A stretch of 64,000 nucleotides of DNA from a virus (IMGVR_UViG_3300031867_000022:36633-100632), one strand, 5' to 3'. Counted from the stretch's first letter, positions 28,087-38,056 are shown. The notes: generated from the sequence alone by a model not told the origin. Numbers and translations: made by a program.

Positions 28087-29952
28087 ATGATAATAAAAGG
28101 AAGCGTAGTCAATGTATACGACATTGAAGTATTTCCTAACTGCTTCCATTGTTGCTGTAAAGACACAGAAACAGGTACATTATATAAGTTTGAAATTAGT
28201 GAGAGAGTCAACCAGTTAAAAGAGCTGGTTGACTTCTTTCATTATGACCTCGGAGATAAAATGTTCTGTGGCTACAACAATCATCACTATGATGATGTTG
28301 TCATAAACTATATGATAGATTACTACTACAAACTGGATCAACTTCCGTTTTGGAGAGTTTGCCAGTCTCTGTTCAATCTTTCACAAGCAATAGTAAATGC
28401 AGAAGATGGAGATACGGATAAGTTCAAGAAGTGGAAGTATGCACATTATTTCTACTCTATGGATTTATTGACGATGCAATTTTCAAGGAAACTTCGCGTA
28501 GGTTTGAAGACTATGCAGGTAACCATGCATTACAAAAACGTGCAAGAATATGATGGAGATTTCGATGCCTTCTTACCAAAGGATAGAATCGACGAAATGA
28601 TTGCATACAACGTAAATGACGTAGAATCTACTACAGAGTTATTAAACCGTTTGAAAGAACAAGTAGAACTACGATTGTTTATCGAAGAAGAACACGGAAT
28701 CGATTGCTTGTCGATGGATTCTGTTAAGATGGCAGAAACCTTTCTACTCGAAAAATACTCAGAGAAGTCAGGTATTCCTAAAAATGTTATAAAGGAAATG
28801 AGATCTCCAATGGATTATATTCCGTTGAAAGATGTCATACTGCCATTTATAAAATACAAAAATCCAAAGTTACAGAGCGTCTTAGAAGACATGAAGAAAC
28901 AGGTAGTGTATTCTAAGGAGCGAAAAGGCTACGAGAAGAAGTTCGTTCTCTCGAATGTGGTATATTCTGTAGGAGTGGGTGGTATTCATACTATCCACAC
29001 TCCACAAATATTCCTCCCAAACGATGATGAGGTGATTGGGCACGCAGATGTGGCGTCGATGTACCCGTCCTTGCTTATTGAATATCAATGGGGTCCTCGT
29101 CACCTGGGAAAACTCTTCTGCGACTTATTTGCAGGCTTAAAAGCTGAAAGATTAGAAGCGAAGCATACAGGTCAGACAATTAAAAACATGTTTCTAAAGA
29201 TTGTGCTCAACTCTCCTACGGGAAAGATGCAGCAAGAGGTGAGTTGGATGTACGACCCCTTTAACGTTTTTAAGATAAGAATAAACGGACAGTTGATCCT
29301 TCTTTTGCTCGTAGACAGGCTTTTAGATCTCGGATGTGAGATTATTCAGTGCAACACTGATGGAGTCGTCTACAGGGCTAAAAAGGGCCTTAAACAGGCT
29401 ATTTCAGACGCTATTAAAGAGGTAGAAACACTAACGCGTCTAAAATTCGAATCTGATGAGTATGAAGCATTCTATCAGTACGCCATCAACGACTACTTTG
29501 GTGTCTTGAAAGGCGGTAAGATAGAAGAAAAAGGTATGTTTATAACAAAGACCAAATTAGGCAAAGGATTGTCTCCAGTAGTCATTCCTAAAGCTGTTAT
29601 AGAGTACTTTGTCCACAATACGCCGGTGGCAGAAACTATTGAGAAGGATAGAGATATCCGTGACTTCTTAATGTCACAAGCAGTAGATAAGAAGTTTAAA
29701 GTTGTACATGGTGATAAACCTGTACAACGTATCAATAGATTTTACGCAAGCACAAATGGTTATTCTCTATACAAGATTGATCCAAACAGCGATAGAGAAG
29801 CAACTAATATGCTAACTAAATCGGGAGTAACAATCCTGAATAAGTTTGATGAACGTCCGATAGAAGATCGCAAGATTAACTATCGTTATTATATCAGTGA
29901 AGCCAAAAAAGTGATAGCAGACTTTACTGAACAACAGCTATCGTTATTTTAG
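28087..29952 (+). CDS. polB: DNA polymerase family B (crAss-like)
   Basis: Exonuclease YDIE/GYNN..YD; motifs DVASMYPS, KIVLNSPTGK, NTDG; C-terminal QLSLF. Confidence 0.92.
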   Translation: MIIKGSVVNVYDIEVFPNCFHCCCKDTETGTLYKFEISERVNQLKELVDFFHYDLGDKMFCGYNNHHYDDVVINYMIDYYYKLDQLPFWRVCQSLFNLSQAIVNAEDGDTDKFKKWKYAHYFYSMDLLTMQFSRKLRVGLKTMQVTMHYKNVQEYDGDFDAFLPKDRIDEMIAYNVNDVESTTELLNRLKEQVELRLFIEEEHGIDCLSMDSVKMAETFLLEKYSEKSGIPKNVIKEMRSPMDYIPLKDVILPFIKYKNPKLQSVLEDMKKQVVYSKERKGYEKKFVLSNVVYSVGVGGIHTIHTPQIFLPNDDEVIGHADVASMYPSLLIEYQWGPRHLGKLFCDLFAGLKAERLEAKHTGQTIKNMFLKIVLNSPTGKMQQEVSWMYDPFNVFKIRINGQLILLLLVDRLLDLGCEIIQCNTDGVVYRAKKGLKQAISDAIKEVETLTRLKFESDEYEAFYQYAINDYFGVLKGGKIEEKGMFITKTKLGKGLSPVVIPKAVIEYFVHNTPVAETIEKDRDIRDFLMSQAVDKKFKVVHGDKPVQRINRFYASTNGYSLYKIDPNSDREATNMLTKSGVTILNKFDERPIEDRKINYRYYISEAKKVIADFTEQQLSLF

Positions 29953-29982
29953 TAACCAACTTCGAACCAAAGAGTCAATAGT

Positions 29983-30546
29983 ATGATTATTGAAGTAAAT
30001 ACAAAGCTCTTGGACGAATTCCCGGAGCTAAATTCAAGTCAATTATTGTTCCTAAGTGTGATACTGGATAAGAATCAACCCAAGTATCAAGACGTCCGCA
30101 AAATTGTCAGTCTGATTAGCGACGATGAATTATCACACTTAGTTTCTCAAGAACTAGTAACTGCGATAGAGAGCAGTGAGTCAATTACGTATCAACCAAC
30201 AGATAAGCTTAAGCAAGCTTTGTCCAAGGAGAAAGATTATTTTGATCTATTCTACGATATGTACCCAGTGTATGTTATGCGTAAGGATGGCACAAAAAGC
30301 TATCTACGAGCTAATGTAAACAAATGTCGTCATTTCTTCAACAGTAAATGCGGAAGAAGCTCTGCAATGGCAGAACATATTATCAAGTGTCTCGATTACG
30401 AGGTGTCTAAGCGCATGCGCGAAGGAAGCTTGAGTTATATGATGACTATGTGGAATTGGTTAACGCGTTCGCAATGGGAAGCGATTGAGGAAGAAATGCA
30501 AGACAGTAAACAAACTGTAAATTCTTATGGAACAGAACTTATCTAA
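29983..30546 (+). CDS. Putative replication initiator/helicase-loader-like protein
   Basis: Between pol and helicase; FDLFYDMYP...Y...WNWL..W pattern typical of phage replisome organisers. Confidence 0.55.
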   Translation: MIIEVNTKLLDEFPELNSSQLLFLSVILDKNQPKYQDVRKIVSLISDDELSHLVSQELVTAIESSESITYQPTDKLKQALSKEKDYFDLFYDMYPVYVMRKDGTKSYLRANVNKCRHFFNSKCGRSSAMAEHIIKCLDYEVSKRMREGSLSYMMTMWNWLTRSQWEAIEEEMQDSKQTVNSYGTELI

Positions 30547-31453
30547 CATTGTACGACCTATACGAGTTGTAGCTCAAGAAGCAATCAACTATATCGAAGG
30601 ACGTAGAAGTCATAATGTTACGTCTTTAAAGACACGATGGGCGAAGTTCAATAAGCAGTGTATGGGAGGTATTGAACCTAATACCGTTTATACCATAGCT
30701 GGTATTTCAGGAACTGGTAAGAGTAGTTTTGTAAATACTATGACTACCGATTTAATTGATTTGAATCCTTCTGATGATATGATTATTCTAAACTTCTCAC
30801 TAGAGATGGTTGGATTTAGGCAAATAGGAAGAACGCTTTCCAATAAGCTGAGGAAAACGACTTCTACTTTGTATAGTTCGGAAACGGACCTGGATGATGA
30901 GACCTTCAGAAAAGTCATTTCAGTATCCAACAAGCTAAAGGAGTATCCTATCTACTTTGTAGAGAAACCTTGTACTCCTATGCAGATAGAAGAAATCATA
31001 AATAGTTTCTATAACCAGTATGTAAAAGGTACTGGTAAACATTTTATTGTAACTCTGGATCATACACTGTTGACCAAACCGATAGGTTCGCAGTTAGACA
31101 CAATAAGTGAGCTTGAACGAGTATTAATTCAAACTAAAAAATTGCCGCTCACATCTGTGATCCAGATTGCACAGATGAATAGAAATATAGAGTCATCAGA
31201 AAGAATCAACAACCCATTGGGTCATTATCCGATGAGAAGTGATTTATCGTCGTCTGACGCAATGTTTCAGGCCAGCGATTATGTAATGGTCTTGCAACGA
31301 CCAGAGATATTGAACATTCAAGAGTACGGTCCCAATCATCTACCTACACAAAATAAAGTATACATGCATATCCTGAAGAATAGAGATGCAGGAAAGCCGT
31401 GTATCCTCGAATTTGAGAACGACTTGATGTTTAACAATCTGGTTGAAAGTTAA
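30527..31453 (+). CDS. DnaB-like (SF4) replicative helicase, C-terminal domain
   Basis: AGISGTGKS, FSLEM, LDH, AQMNR, P..SDL..S..FQASDYV, KNR. Confidence 0.92.
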   Translation: MEQNLSNIVRPIRVVAQEAINYIEGRRSHNVTSLKTRWAKFNKQCMGGIEPNTVYTIAGISGTGKSSFVNTMTTDLIDLNPSDDMIILNFSLEMVGFRQIGRTLSNKLRKTTSTLYSSETDLDDETFRKVISVSNKLKEYPIYFVEKPCTPMQIEEIINSFYNQYVKGTGKHFIVTLDHTLLTKPIGSQLDTISELERVLIQTKKLPLTSVIQIAQMNRNIESSERINNPLGHYPMRSDLSSSDAMFQASDYVMVLQRPEILNIQEYGPNHLPTQNKVYMHILKNRDAGKPCILEFENDLMFNNLVES

Positions 31454-31494
31454 TGCGTCTTACGAAGTATTAACATAAAAACAGACTGAATATT

Positions 31495-31974
31495 ATGATG
31501 ACAGCAACTTTTAAGACTAATAAGACTAACAATAATAACAACAACGGTTTTACTTTTCTTCTCAACAATAAGCTTCATTATGAGCCGAATTACTCCGAGA
31601 TTTTGGATGACATTATTCTTGCTGATATAAAGAAGAAGAACAGTTATCTGTTTGATAGTAAGCCTATTAGTTTTGATTTTAGCACCCTGAAGGAGGAGAC
31701 ACCTAGTTTCCTGGATGCCATCAAGTTCCTTACCAATTACAAGAAGTGTAAGAAGATTTCAAACATTCCTTTTGCTTTTGGTAAGATGTATACGCTTAGT
31801 GACGGTACGCCGATCGTGTTCTACGACGACGAGATTCAGATTGGTTTCGATACTTATAAGTATTCTGACTTTACTGATCTGTCGTTCTTGAACGGCCTTA
31901 CCGATAACACGAAGAAGACTATTATTAATATTTATGCTGCAGCAGGCACAAAGATTAACATTAATCTTCTTTAA
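31495..31974 (+). CDS. Hypothetical protein
   Basis: 159-aa ORF. Confidence 0.75.
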   Translation: MMTATFKTNKTNNNNNNGFTFLLNNKLHYEPNYSEILDDIILADIKKKNSYLFDSKPISFDFSTLKEETPSFLDAIKFLTNYKKCKKISNIPFAFGKMYTLSDGTPIVFYDDEIQIGFDTYKYSDFTDLSFLNGLTDNTKKTIINIYAAAGTKININLL

Positions 31975-31991
31975 TAAAATAAATAGAACCT

Positions 31992-32738
31992 ATGAGTCTA
32001 ACATTACCTACATCTAAAATTCCAGCAGTTTCTACAAACCCAAGATATATGGTTTTATATGGGCTTCCAAAAGCAGGCAAGACATCTTGCGTTGCTCAGC
32101 TTGATAACAACCTAATCATAGACCTCGAAGGCGGGTCTCAGTTTATTGATGCTATGTCCATACAGGCACGTAACATTAATGAATTAGGAGAAATTGCTCA
32201 AGCCATTAGAGCTAAGAATACTGAAGTAGGGCATAATTTCTATAAACGAATCACAATAGATAATGCAACACGTCTTGAAGACATTTGTATGTCTTATGCT
32301 TGCACTCTCTATCGAAAGACGGAGCTTGGCAGGAACTGGAAAGGAGACGACGTTACTACACTTGCACATGGTGCAGGTTACAAGTATCTGAGAGACGCCG
32401 TTAAAAAGGTAATTGATATGTTCAAGGACCTTTGTGATGAGTTCATTCTTATTGGCCATGTCAAAGATAGTATCACCGATAAAGACGGCCAAGAGGTCAA
32501 CGCAAAAGAAATTGACCTCATTGGTAAGCTTGGAAGAATCATCTGTGGACTTGCAGACGCAGTCGGTTACGTATATCGAAAAGATAACGAGACTCACATC
32601 TCTTTTAAATCAGAAGGGGATGGAACGACTATGGAAGCCCGCGCGAGACATCTTGCAGGCAAGGATATTATCATTGCAAAGGGAAATGAGGACGGCACTC
32701 TGACCACTTATTGGGATAGAGTTTATTTGCCCGAATAA
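31992..32738 (+). CDS. P-loop ATPase (AAA_24/Sak4-like recombination protein)
   Basis: YGLPKAGKT, IDLEGG, IDN, LIGH, D.VGY. Confidence 0.85.
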   Translation: MSLTLPTSKIPAVSTNPRYMVLYGLPKAGKTSCVAQLDNNLIIDLEGGSQFIDAMSIQARNINELGEIAQAIRAKNTEVGHNFYKRITIDNATRLEDICMSYACTLYRKTELGRNWKGDDVTTLAHGAGYKYLRDAVKKVIDMFKDLCDEFILIGHVKDSITDKDGQEVNAKEIDLIGKLGRIICGLADAVGYVYRKDNETHISFKSEGDGTTMEARARHLAGKDIIIAKGNEDGTLTTYWDRVYLPE

Positions 32739-32775
32739 TTCAGAATCTACGAATCAGTAATTAAAGGAAGAAATT

Positions 32776-33411
32776 ATGTACAGTACAAAAACAGCAACAA
32801 CAAACAATAACGAGTTTAACAGCTCTTATATGCCTGTAGGCATTAACGAAAACATTACTTTGAAAGAAGTAAACGTAAACAAGACACCGAATGGTCGTGA
32901 CTTCTTGGAGATTATCTTCGAGAATGAACAGGGCCAGACGGCTACCATGACTGAGTGGAAGAACGAAAAGAATATGTGGATTAAGACCGATGAAGATCTT
33001 CAGAATCGTGATAATCAGCAATTCGGTCGTATTCTGCAAGTTATAGATGCAGCAATCGGTTCTCATATCGACTTTGAAGGTAGTTCGTTTGCAGAGATGA
33101 TTAACTGGGTAAAAACTCAGCTTGAACCAGCTACAAATCCCGATAACATACGTCAATGTATGCGTCTTAAGGTTGTTTATGATAAGAAGGGTTATACGAA
33201 AGTTAGCTCTCTTGGTGTTTTCGTTGAACCTATGAGTGTTGCAAAAGAAGAGTCTCAGATTAAGCTTTGGAAGAACGATCTTCTGGAGCGTCCAGTACAG
33301 GCTGACGTTGAGAAGCCTGTTGATCCGCTTGTTGAAGCAGCTAAGGAAGCTCAGCTGTTAAACACTCCGGTGACTGCAGACTCTACAGGTGCTGACGACC
33401 TGCCTTTTTAA
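32776..33411 (+). CDS. Putative single-stranded DNA-binding protein
   Basis: Follows the Sak4-like gene; acidic tail ADDLPF. Confidence 0.7.
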   Translation: MYSTKTATTNNNEFNSSYMPVGINENITLKEVNVNKTPNGRDFLEIIFENEQGQTATMTEWKNEKNMWIKTDEDLQNRDNQQFGRILQVIDAAIGSHIDFEGSSFAEMINWVKTQLEPATNPDNIRQCMRLKVVYDKKGYTKVSSLGVFVEPMSVAKEESQIKLWKNDLLERPVQADVEKPVDPLVEAAKEAQLLNTPVTADSTGADDLPF

Positions 33412-33572
33412 AGAAGCAGACAAAGGATTTATTGTTTCAAGTAGAAGATGTCTTGAAGATGTTGCATAGCAAACATCCAGACCTTTATACTAAAGTGACA
33501 AAGAATTTGTCTGCATAACGGTCAGTGGTGGAGGACTGGAGGCTGCATAAGCAGCAGCCAGCCCCTAACAAT

Positions 33573-33728
33573 ATGGCAAAGTATAAAGACTATAAAGTAG
33601 AAGTTGTTTTTAAACATTTACCGTGGACAGTTAAGGATTATACAATAAAAGCAAAATCCGAAAAGAAAGCTTGTGATATTACAAGAAGAATGTTTAAAGA
33701 TAAAATACTTACCTTGCGTGTATTATGA
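33573..33728 (+). CDS. Small hypothetical protein (MAKYKD start)
   Basis: Internal ATG of ORF 33525-33728. Confidence 0.5.
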   Translation: MAKYKDYKVEVVFKHLPWTVKDYTIKAKSEKKACDITRRMFKDKILTLRVL

Positions 33729-33877
33729 CAAAAGAAGAGAAAAGACAAAGAGAAAAAGAACGCTATCACGACTGGTATTGGAATCGTGGTGGTAGAGAAA
33801 AAAGACACGCAAGATTGCGTGAAGTTGGTCCTTATAAATGGGGAACAGCAAGAGACATACCTTCTAAGGTCTACTAA
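33725..33877 (+). CDS. Small basic protein (50 aa)
   Basis: MTKEEKRQREKERYHDWYWNRGG...-TAA; ATGA overlap. Confidence 0.5.
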   Translation: MTKEEKRQREKERYHDWYWNRGGREKRHARLREVGPYKWGTARDIPSKVY

Positions 33878-33912
33878 GGTAGTTCAGCCGGGTTCGAATC
33901 CCGACTAGACCA
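33868..33912 (+). ncRNA. Anticodon-less tRNA-like element upstream of primase
   Basis: GGTCTA/TAGACC stem, GCCGGG-TTCGAAT-CCCGAC T-arm, then A-CAA. Confidence 0.6.
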
Positions 33913-33935
33913 CAATACAAAAGAGCCCATGAGCC

Positions 33936-34913
33936 ATGTATAGTACAAAAACAGCTATTACAATGAGTCTAAGAGACTTGTTGGACAAACTGGATGATTA
34001 TACTATCTATTCTTACTATCTGGGTAGTTTTAAACCAAAGACACTTATGAATAGTCCATTGAGACCAGACGATAAAATCCCCAGCTTCGCTATATTTCCT
34101 AGCAAAACTGGAGATTTGTTGTTTAAGGATCATGGTACTGGAGAAGCAGGCAATGCTCTCAAATTTATTAAGTTATATAGAGGTATTACTACCAGAGAAG
34201 AACTTGAACGAGAACTGCTGAGGATTGTTAAGCAATCTGGAGGAAAAACCAGCAGTGCGGCAACTGTGACGCATACGTATACTACCAGTGAGTATACTGA
34301 TATCGGGATAGTTCGACAACCATTTACAGAAGTTGACAAGAAATATTGGAAACAATTTCATATATCGATTGACACGTTGAAGAAATTCAATGTGTTTAGC
34401 ATTAAATACTTTCTTTGTAATAGAGTCGTCAGAGGAACCTACAAAGAAGATAGTCCTATGTATGCCTATAAGGTTTATGATCGATTTAAGATTTATAGAC
34501 CTTTAGCCTCCAAGTATACTAAATGGCGTACCAATCTGACAAATAGGCACGTTCAGGGACTAGCCGAGTTGCCTCAGGAGGGAGGCGATCTCCTCATCAT
34601 AACAAAATCCTTAAAGGATGTGATGTGTCTTTATGAGATGGGATTTAATGCTATAGCAGCTTCTAGTGAGACTACATTCATACCGGAAGATATATTGCAG
34701 TCTTTACGAAGTAAATGGAAGCATATTGTTATATTATATGATAGAGACGCTGCAGGAATGCAGAATGCTCGTAAGTATAGTAGACAGTATAAATTTGATG
34801 CTATATTCGTCCATAAAAAGTTTAAAGCGAAGGACGTATCTGACGCTGTTAAGTTAAATTCGTTCTTCGAAGTAAAAGAATGGTTAACTAAAACAGTAGA
34901 AAGATATGATTAA
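33936..34913 (+). CDS. DNA primase (Toprim, crAss-like)
   Basis: SPLR.D..PSF, FKDHG.G; Toprim IITKSLKDVM, LYDRD.AG, KDVSD. Confidence 0.88.
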   Translation: MYSTKTAITMSLRDLLDKLDDYTIYSYYLGSFKPKTLMNSPLRPDDKIPSFAIFPSKTGDLLFKDHGTGEAGNALKFIKLYRGITTREELERELLRIVKQSGGKTSSAATVTHTYTTSEYTDIGIVRQPFTEVDKKYWKQFHISIDTLKKFNVFSIKYFLCNRVVRGTYKEDSPMYAYKVYDRFKIYRPLASKYTKWRTNLTNRHVQGLAELPQEGGDLLIITKSLKDVMCLYEMGFNAIAASSETTFIPEDILQSLRSKWKHIVILYDRDAAGMQNARKYSRQYKFDAIFVHKKFKAKDVSDAVKLNSFFEVKEWLTKTVERYD

Positions 34914-35027
34914 CTTTATATTTGCGGTTCTCGGTGTCATTGGAGCCTATTTGATAGGCTACGTTAATGGTATGGCAAGAGAACAAAAGAAAAATACTAC
35001 GTACATCCATTTTAAAGGAGGTCGTAA

Positions 35028-35417
35028 GTGAAGACTAAAGGTAGGGTTAAGAATGCGACAGCAGTCGATGCGTATGGACTACATTTCCGTAGTAAACTCG
35101 AACTCTATACGTATGAAGCTTTTATGAAAGCTGGAATACCAGTTAAATATGAGCCAAAGCATTTTACCTTACTTCCAAAGTTTGAGTACCTTGGAGAGAA
35201 AATACGACCTATCACATACCTCCCTGACTTCATAGGGAGAGGTTTTGTGGTAGAGTGTAAAGGTCTTATGGGAGACTCGTTTCCCTTAAGATTTAAACTC
35301 TTCAAGTATTATCTCAAGAAGCATCGATCTAAGTATAAGTGCTATTTAGTACGAAATCACAAACAGGTTGATGAGATGATTGAGGACATTATTAAGAACC
35401 AAAAGAGTCAAAAGTAA
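35028..35417 (+). CDS. PD-(D/E)XK endonuclease (resolvase-like; T7 endo I/DUF1064 type)
   Basis: FRSKLE, YEP..F.L, YLPDF, VECKG. Confidence 0.8.
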   Translation: MKTKGRVKNATAVDAYGLHFRSKLELYTYEAFMKAGIPVKYEPKHFTLLPKFEYLGEKIRPITYLPDFIGRGFVVECKGLMGDSFPLRFKLFKYYLKKHRSKYKCYLVRNHKQVDEMIEDIIKNQKSQK

Positions 35418-36205
35418 TGGAAAACAAAAACTTTTTGAAAGTAGGAGAGAAAGTAGTATTCAAGCCTAAGACAGAAGGACTTGACTATGATATGGAAAGC
35501 GGCAAGGTGTATACTGTACAGATAGATCATTATACAGATGAGATATCGTTTAATGTAGCACCTGATATCACGCTTCCAGAAAAGCTTTACACTACTGCTG
35601 AAGATGATAAGTTTGTCACTAAAGTAATTGATCGTTATACTACTATTGTTGAAGGTACAGTAGGCGTTATGCTTTCTGGTCTGAAAGGTAGTGGTAAGAC
35701 GATTATGATGAAACGATTGGCACTTGAGTCTAAGCTTCCAATTCTGTTAATCGATAAGGGTTTTAGCCCTCGTGATTTGGTAACGTTATTCAATAAGCTT
35801 GCTGATACTGAAATCTGTATACTTATGGATGAGATTGACAAGCTTGGCGACCGTTATGAAGATGACTACCTGCTTAAAGTGTTAGATGGCATCAACTCTT
35901 CAGGTAAGAAGTTGATGATTTTCACATGTAACGATGATGAAAACATTAATGAATATCTGAAGGATCGTTGTTCTCGTATACGCTATTGGCGTAATTATGG
36001 GGAAATGTCTGCTTCTATGATTCAGGTTGTGCTTGAAGATAAGCTTGAAGATAAAGCCGAAGTTAAACCTCTTACTGACTTTATACAGGAGAAGTTTGGG
36101 TGTATTAGCTTTGACAATATCGCTTCATTCGCAGATGAAGTTAATGCTTATCCGAATGACACATATGAGGATTTGTTTAACGACATGAATCTTTCAAACA
36201 AATGA
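35417..36205 (+). CDS. AAA+ ATPase
   Basis: GLKGSGKT, ILMDEIDK, LDG, FTCN, RCSRIRY. Confidence 0.88.
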   Translation: MENKNFLKVGEKVVFKPKTEGLDYDMESGKVYTVQIDHYTDEISFNVAPDITLPEKLYTTAEDDKFVTKVIDRYTTIVEGTVGVMLSGLKGSGKTIMMKRLALESKLPILLIDKGFSPRDLVTLFNKLADTEICILMDEIDKLGDRYEDDYLLKVLDGINSSGKKLMIFTCNDDENINEYLKDRCSRIRYWRNYGEMSASMIQVVLEDKLEDKAEVKPLTDFIQEKFGCISFDNIASFADEVNAYPNDTYEDLFNDMNLSNK

Positions 36206-36453
36206 GTCTAGAAGAAGCTAATCATCGTGTAAGGATGAGTATCGAATATACTCCAGCAGGATGGGGATGGTATATCAATACGTTGCAGCCATATGGCACA
36301 ATAGTAGGATATACTAAATTCCCTACTCCAAATGAAGCATTAGAGGAACTAAAAGGGTTCTTAAGATACTTTACGTTTAACGTACTGAAGAATGGAGATA
36401 CTATACGAGCTTTTATAGCTAAGCACGACCCTAATAAGAAGGAAGAAAAATGA
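36202..36453 (+). CDS. Hypothetical protein
   Basis: 83-aa ORF, ATGA overlap. Confidence 0.65.
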   Translation: MSLEEANHRVRMSIEYTPAGWGWYINTLQPYGTIVGYTKFPTPNEALEELKGFLRYFTFNVLKNGDTIRAFIAKHDPNKKEEK

Positions 36454-36463
36454 TACACAAGAT

Positions 36464-36491
36464 TGCAACCTAAGTTGTGTATTTTACGTTA
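36464..36491 (+). promoter_or_regulatory. ECF-sigma-type promoter before HNH gene
   Basis: TGCAAC-N16-ACGTTA, 7 nt before the ATG. Confidence 0.65.
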
Positions 36492-36498
36492 ATCATAT

Positions 36499-37050
36499 AT
36501 GGAAGAAATATGGAAGGACATAAATGGTTATGAAGGATTCTATCAAGTAAGCAATCTTGGAAGAGTTCGATCTGTAGATAGATGGGTTAATGGTAATCAT
36601 ATCAATTGTGATTTTCAGTTTATGAAAGGAAAAATTCGTAAATTAAGAAAAAACAAATATGGTTATTGGACGGTATTATTAAGAAAAAATTGTACATCAA
36701 AAGGCTTTTTAGTACATAGACTTGTTGCTGAATCTTTTATACCAAACCCAGATAATCTACCTTGCGTAAATCACAAAGACGAAAATCCCGCTAATCCTGT
36801 TGTAGATAACTTAGAATGGTGCACAAACGCCTATAATACTAATTATAGTAATGTAGGAGAACGTATTGCAAAATTTAGGTTTCGGAGAGTAATTCAGTTT
36901 GATAAAAATATGAATGAAATTAAACGGTGGGATAGTTTGAAAGAAGCTGCAAAATCTATTAATAGAGCACAACAGAATATTTCTAGATGTTGTAGAGGGA
37001 AATCAGCAACTTGTGGTGGATATAAATGGAAGTACGAAGATGAATATTGA
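36499..37050 (+). mobile_element. Free-standing NUMOD4-HNH-NUMOD1 homing endonuclease
   Basis: EIWKDI.GYEG.YQVSNLGRVRS; VHRLVA..F; VNHKDEN..N...NLEW; SLKEAA...ISRCC.G....GGYKW. Confidence 0.92.
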
Positions 37051-38056
37051 TACTCCTTACTACGAAGATCACGAACGCGTGAGTAATTCGTCTATAGGAT
37101 GGTTCTTAAAAGGAGGGCCATCCTATTTTTATAAGATGTGGAAAGGTGAGATTGCTGGAGAAGAAACTCCACAATTAAAAAGAGGAACCATGATACATTC
37201 TTATATACTAACGCCTGAAGAGTTCCAGAAAACATATGTAGTATGGGACAAAAGTAGACCTACTTCTGCACAACAGGAGAAGTTCTGTCAGGAGTTAGCT
37301 AACACAGTAGAAATAGAGCCAAATAGAGCCATTCTAAGCGCCTATAAAGAGGCGTATAGTACAGCAGGAAAGTCAGAAGATAAAATGCTGTCAGAAGGCC
37401 TTAAAATAGCCTCTACGTTGAAGGATTACATAGACTTCCTGAAAGAGAATGATGGAAGGATTATGATTAGTCCTTGGGATGCCCAAATGCTTGAGAAAAT
37501 CAAGACAAACATATATGATCATAAACTTGCACCGCATATAGTATGGCCACATAAGTATATGGCAGACTATAAAAATGGATCTGCAACTATTGCAGACTCA
37601 GATGTTGCGTATCATGAATTTCATATAAATTGGGGTTATGAGAACAAGATACAGTGTAAATCATTGCTGGATGGCCTTACTCTTGACTTTAAGAATAAGA
37701 AAGCTATTATATACGACTTAAAGACTACACAAAAGTTGTGGCACTTTGAGGATAGTATGAATCAGTATGATTACCTAAGACAGTTAGCGTATTACACAAT
37801 GGCTGTACGATGGTATCTTGTTAACGAATGCGGAGAAGATCCATATGCTTGGAGTTTTGAGTACTATATTATTGGTATAGATACTACCAGTAGTAATGAG
37901 ATTCGTGTCTTTAAAATTGAACACGAACAAGTGCAATCTAGATACGATACTATACTCGATGCTCTGGATGCTATAGCTTGGCATCAACGTGAGAATAAGT
38001 GGGATCACAGTAGAGAATATTATGAAGGCAACGGCTCGGAGTCATTGAACCTATGA
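37040..38056 (+). CDS. PD-(D/E)XK exonuclease (DUF3799/RecE-like)
   Basis: VSNSSI, GTMIH, CKSLLD, YDLKTT, Y.RQLAYY. Confidence 0.85.
   Translation: MNIDTPYYEDHERVSNSSIGWFLKGGPSYFYKMWKGEIAGEETPQLKRGTMIHSYILTPEEFQKTYVVWDKSRPTSAQQEKFCQELANTVEIEPNRAILSAYKEAYSTAGKSEDKMLSEGLKIASTLKDYIDFLKENDGRIMISPWDAQMLEKIKTNIYDHKLAPHIVWPHKYMADYKNGSATIADSDVAYHEFHINWGYENKIQCKSLLDGLTLDFKNKKAIIYDLKTTQKLWHFEDSMNQYDYLRQLAYYTMAVRWYLVNECGEDPYAWSFEYYIIGIDTTSSNEIRVFKIEHEQVQSRYDTILDALDAIAWHQRENKWDHSREYYEGNGSESLNL

Noticed and set aside
36454-37050. HNH as an intron-encoded ORF
   Set aside because: No room for an intron core on either side; neighbours appear intact.
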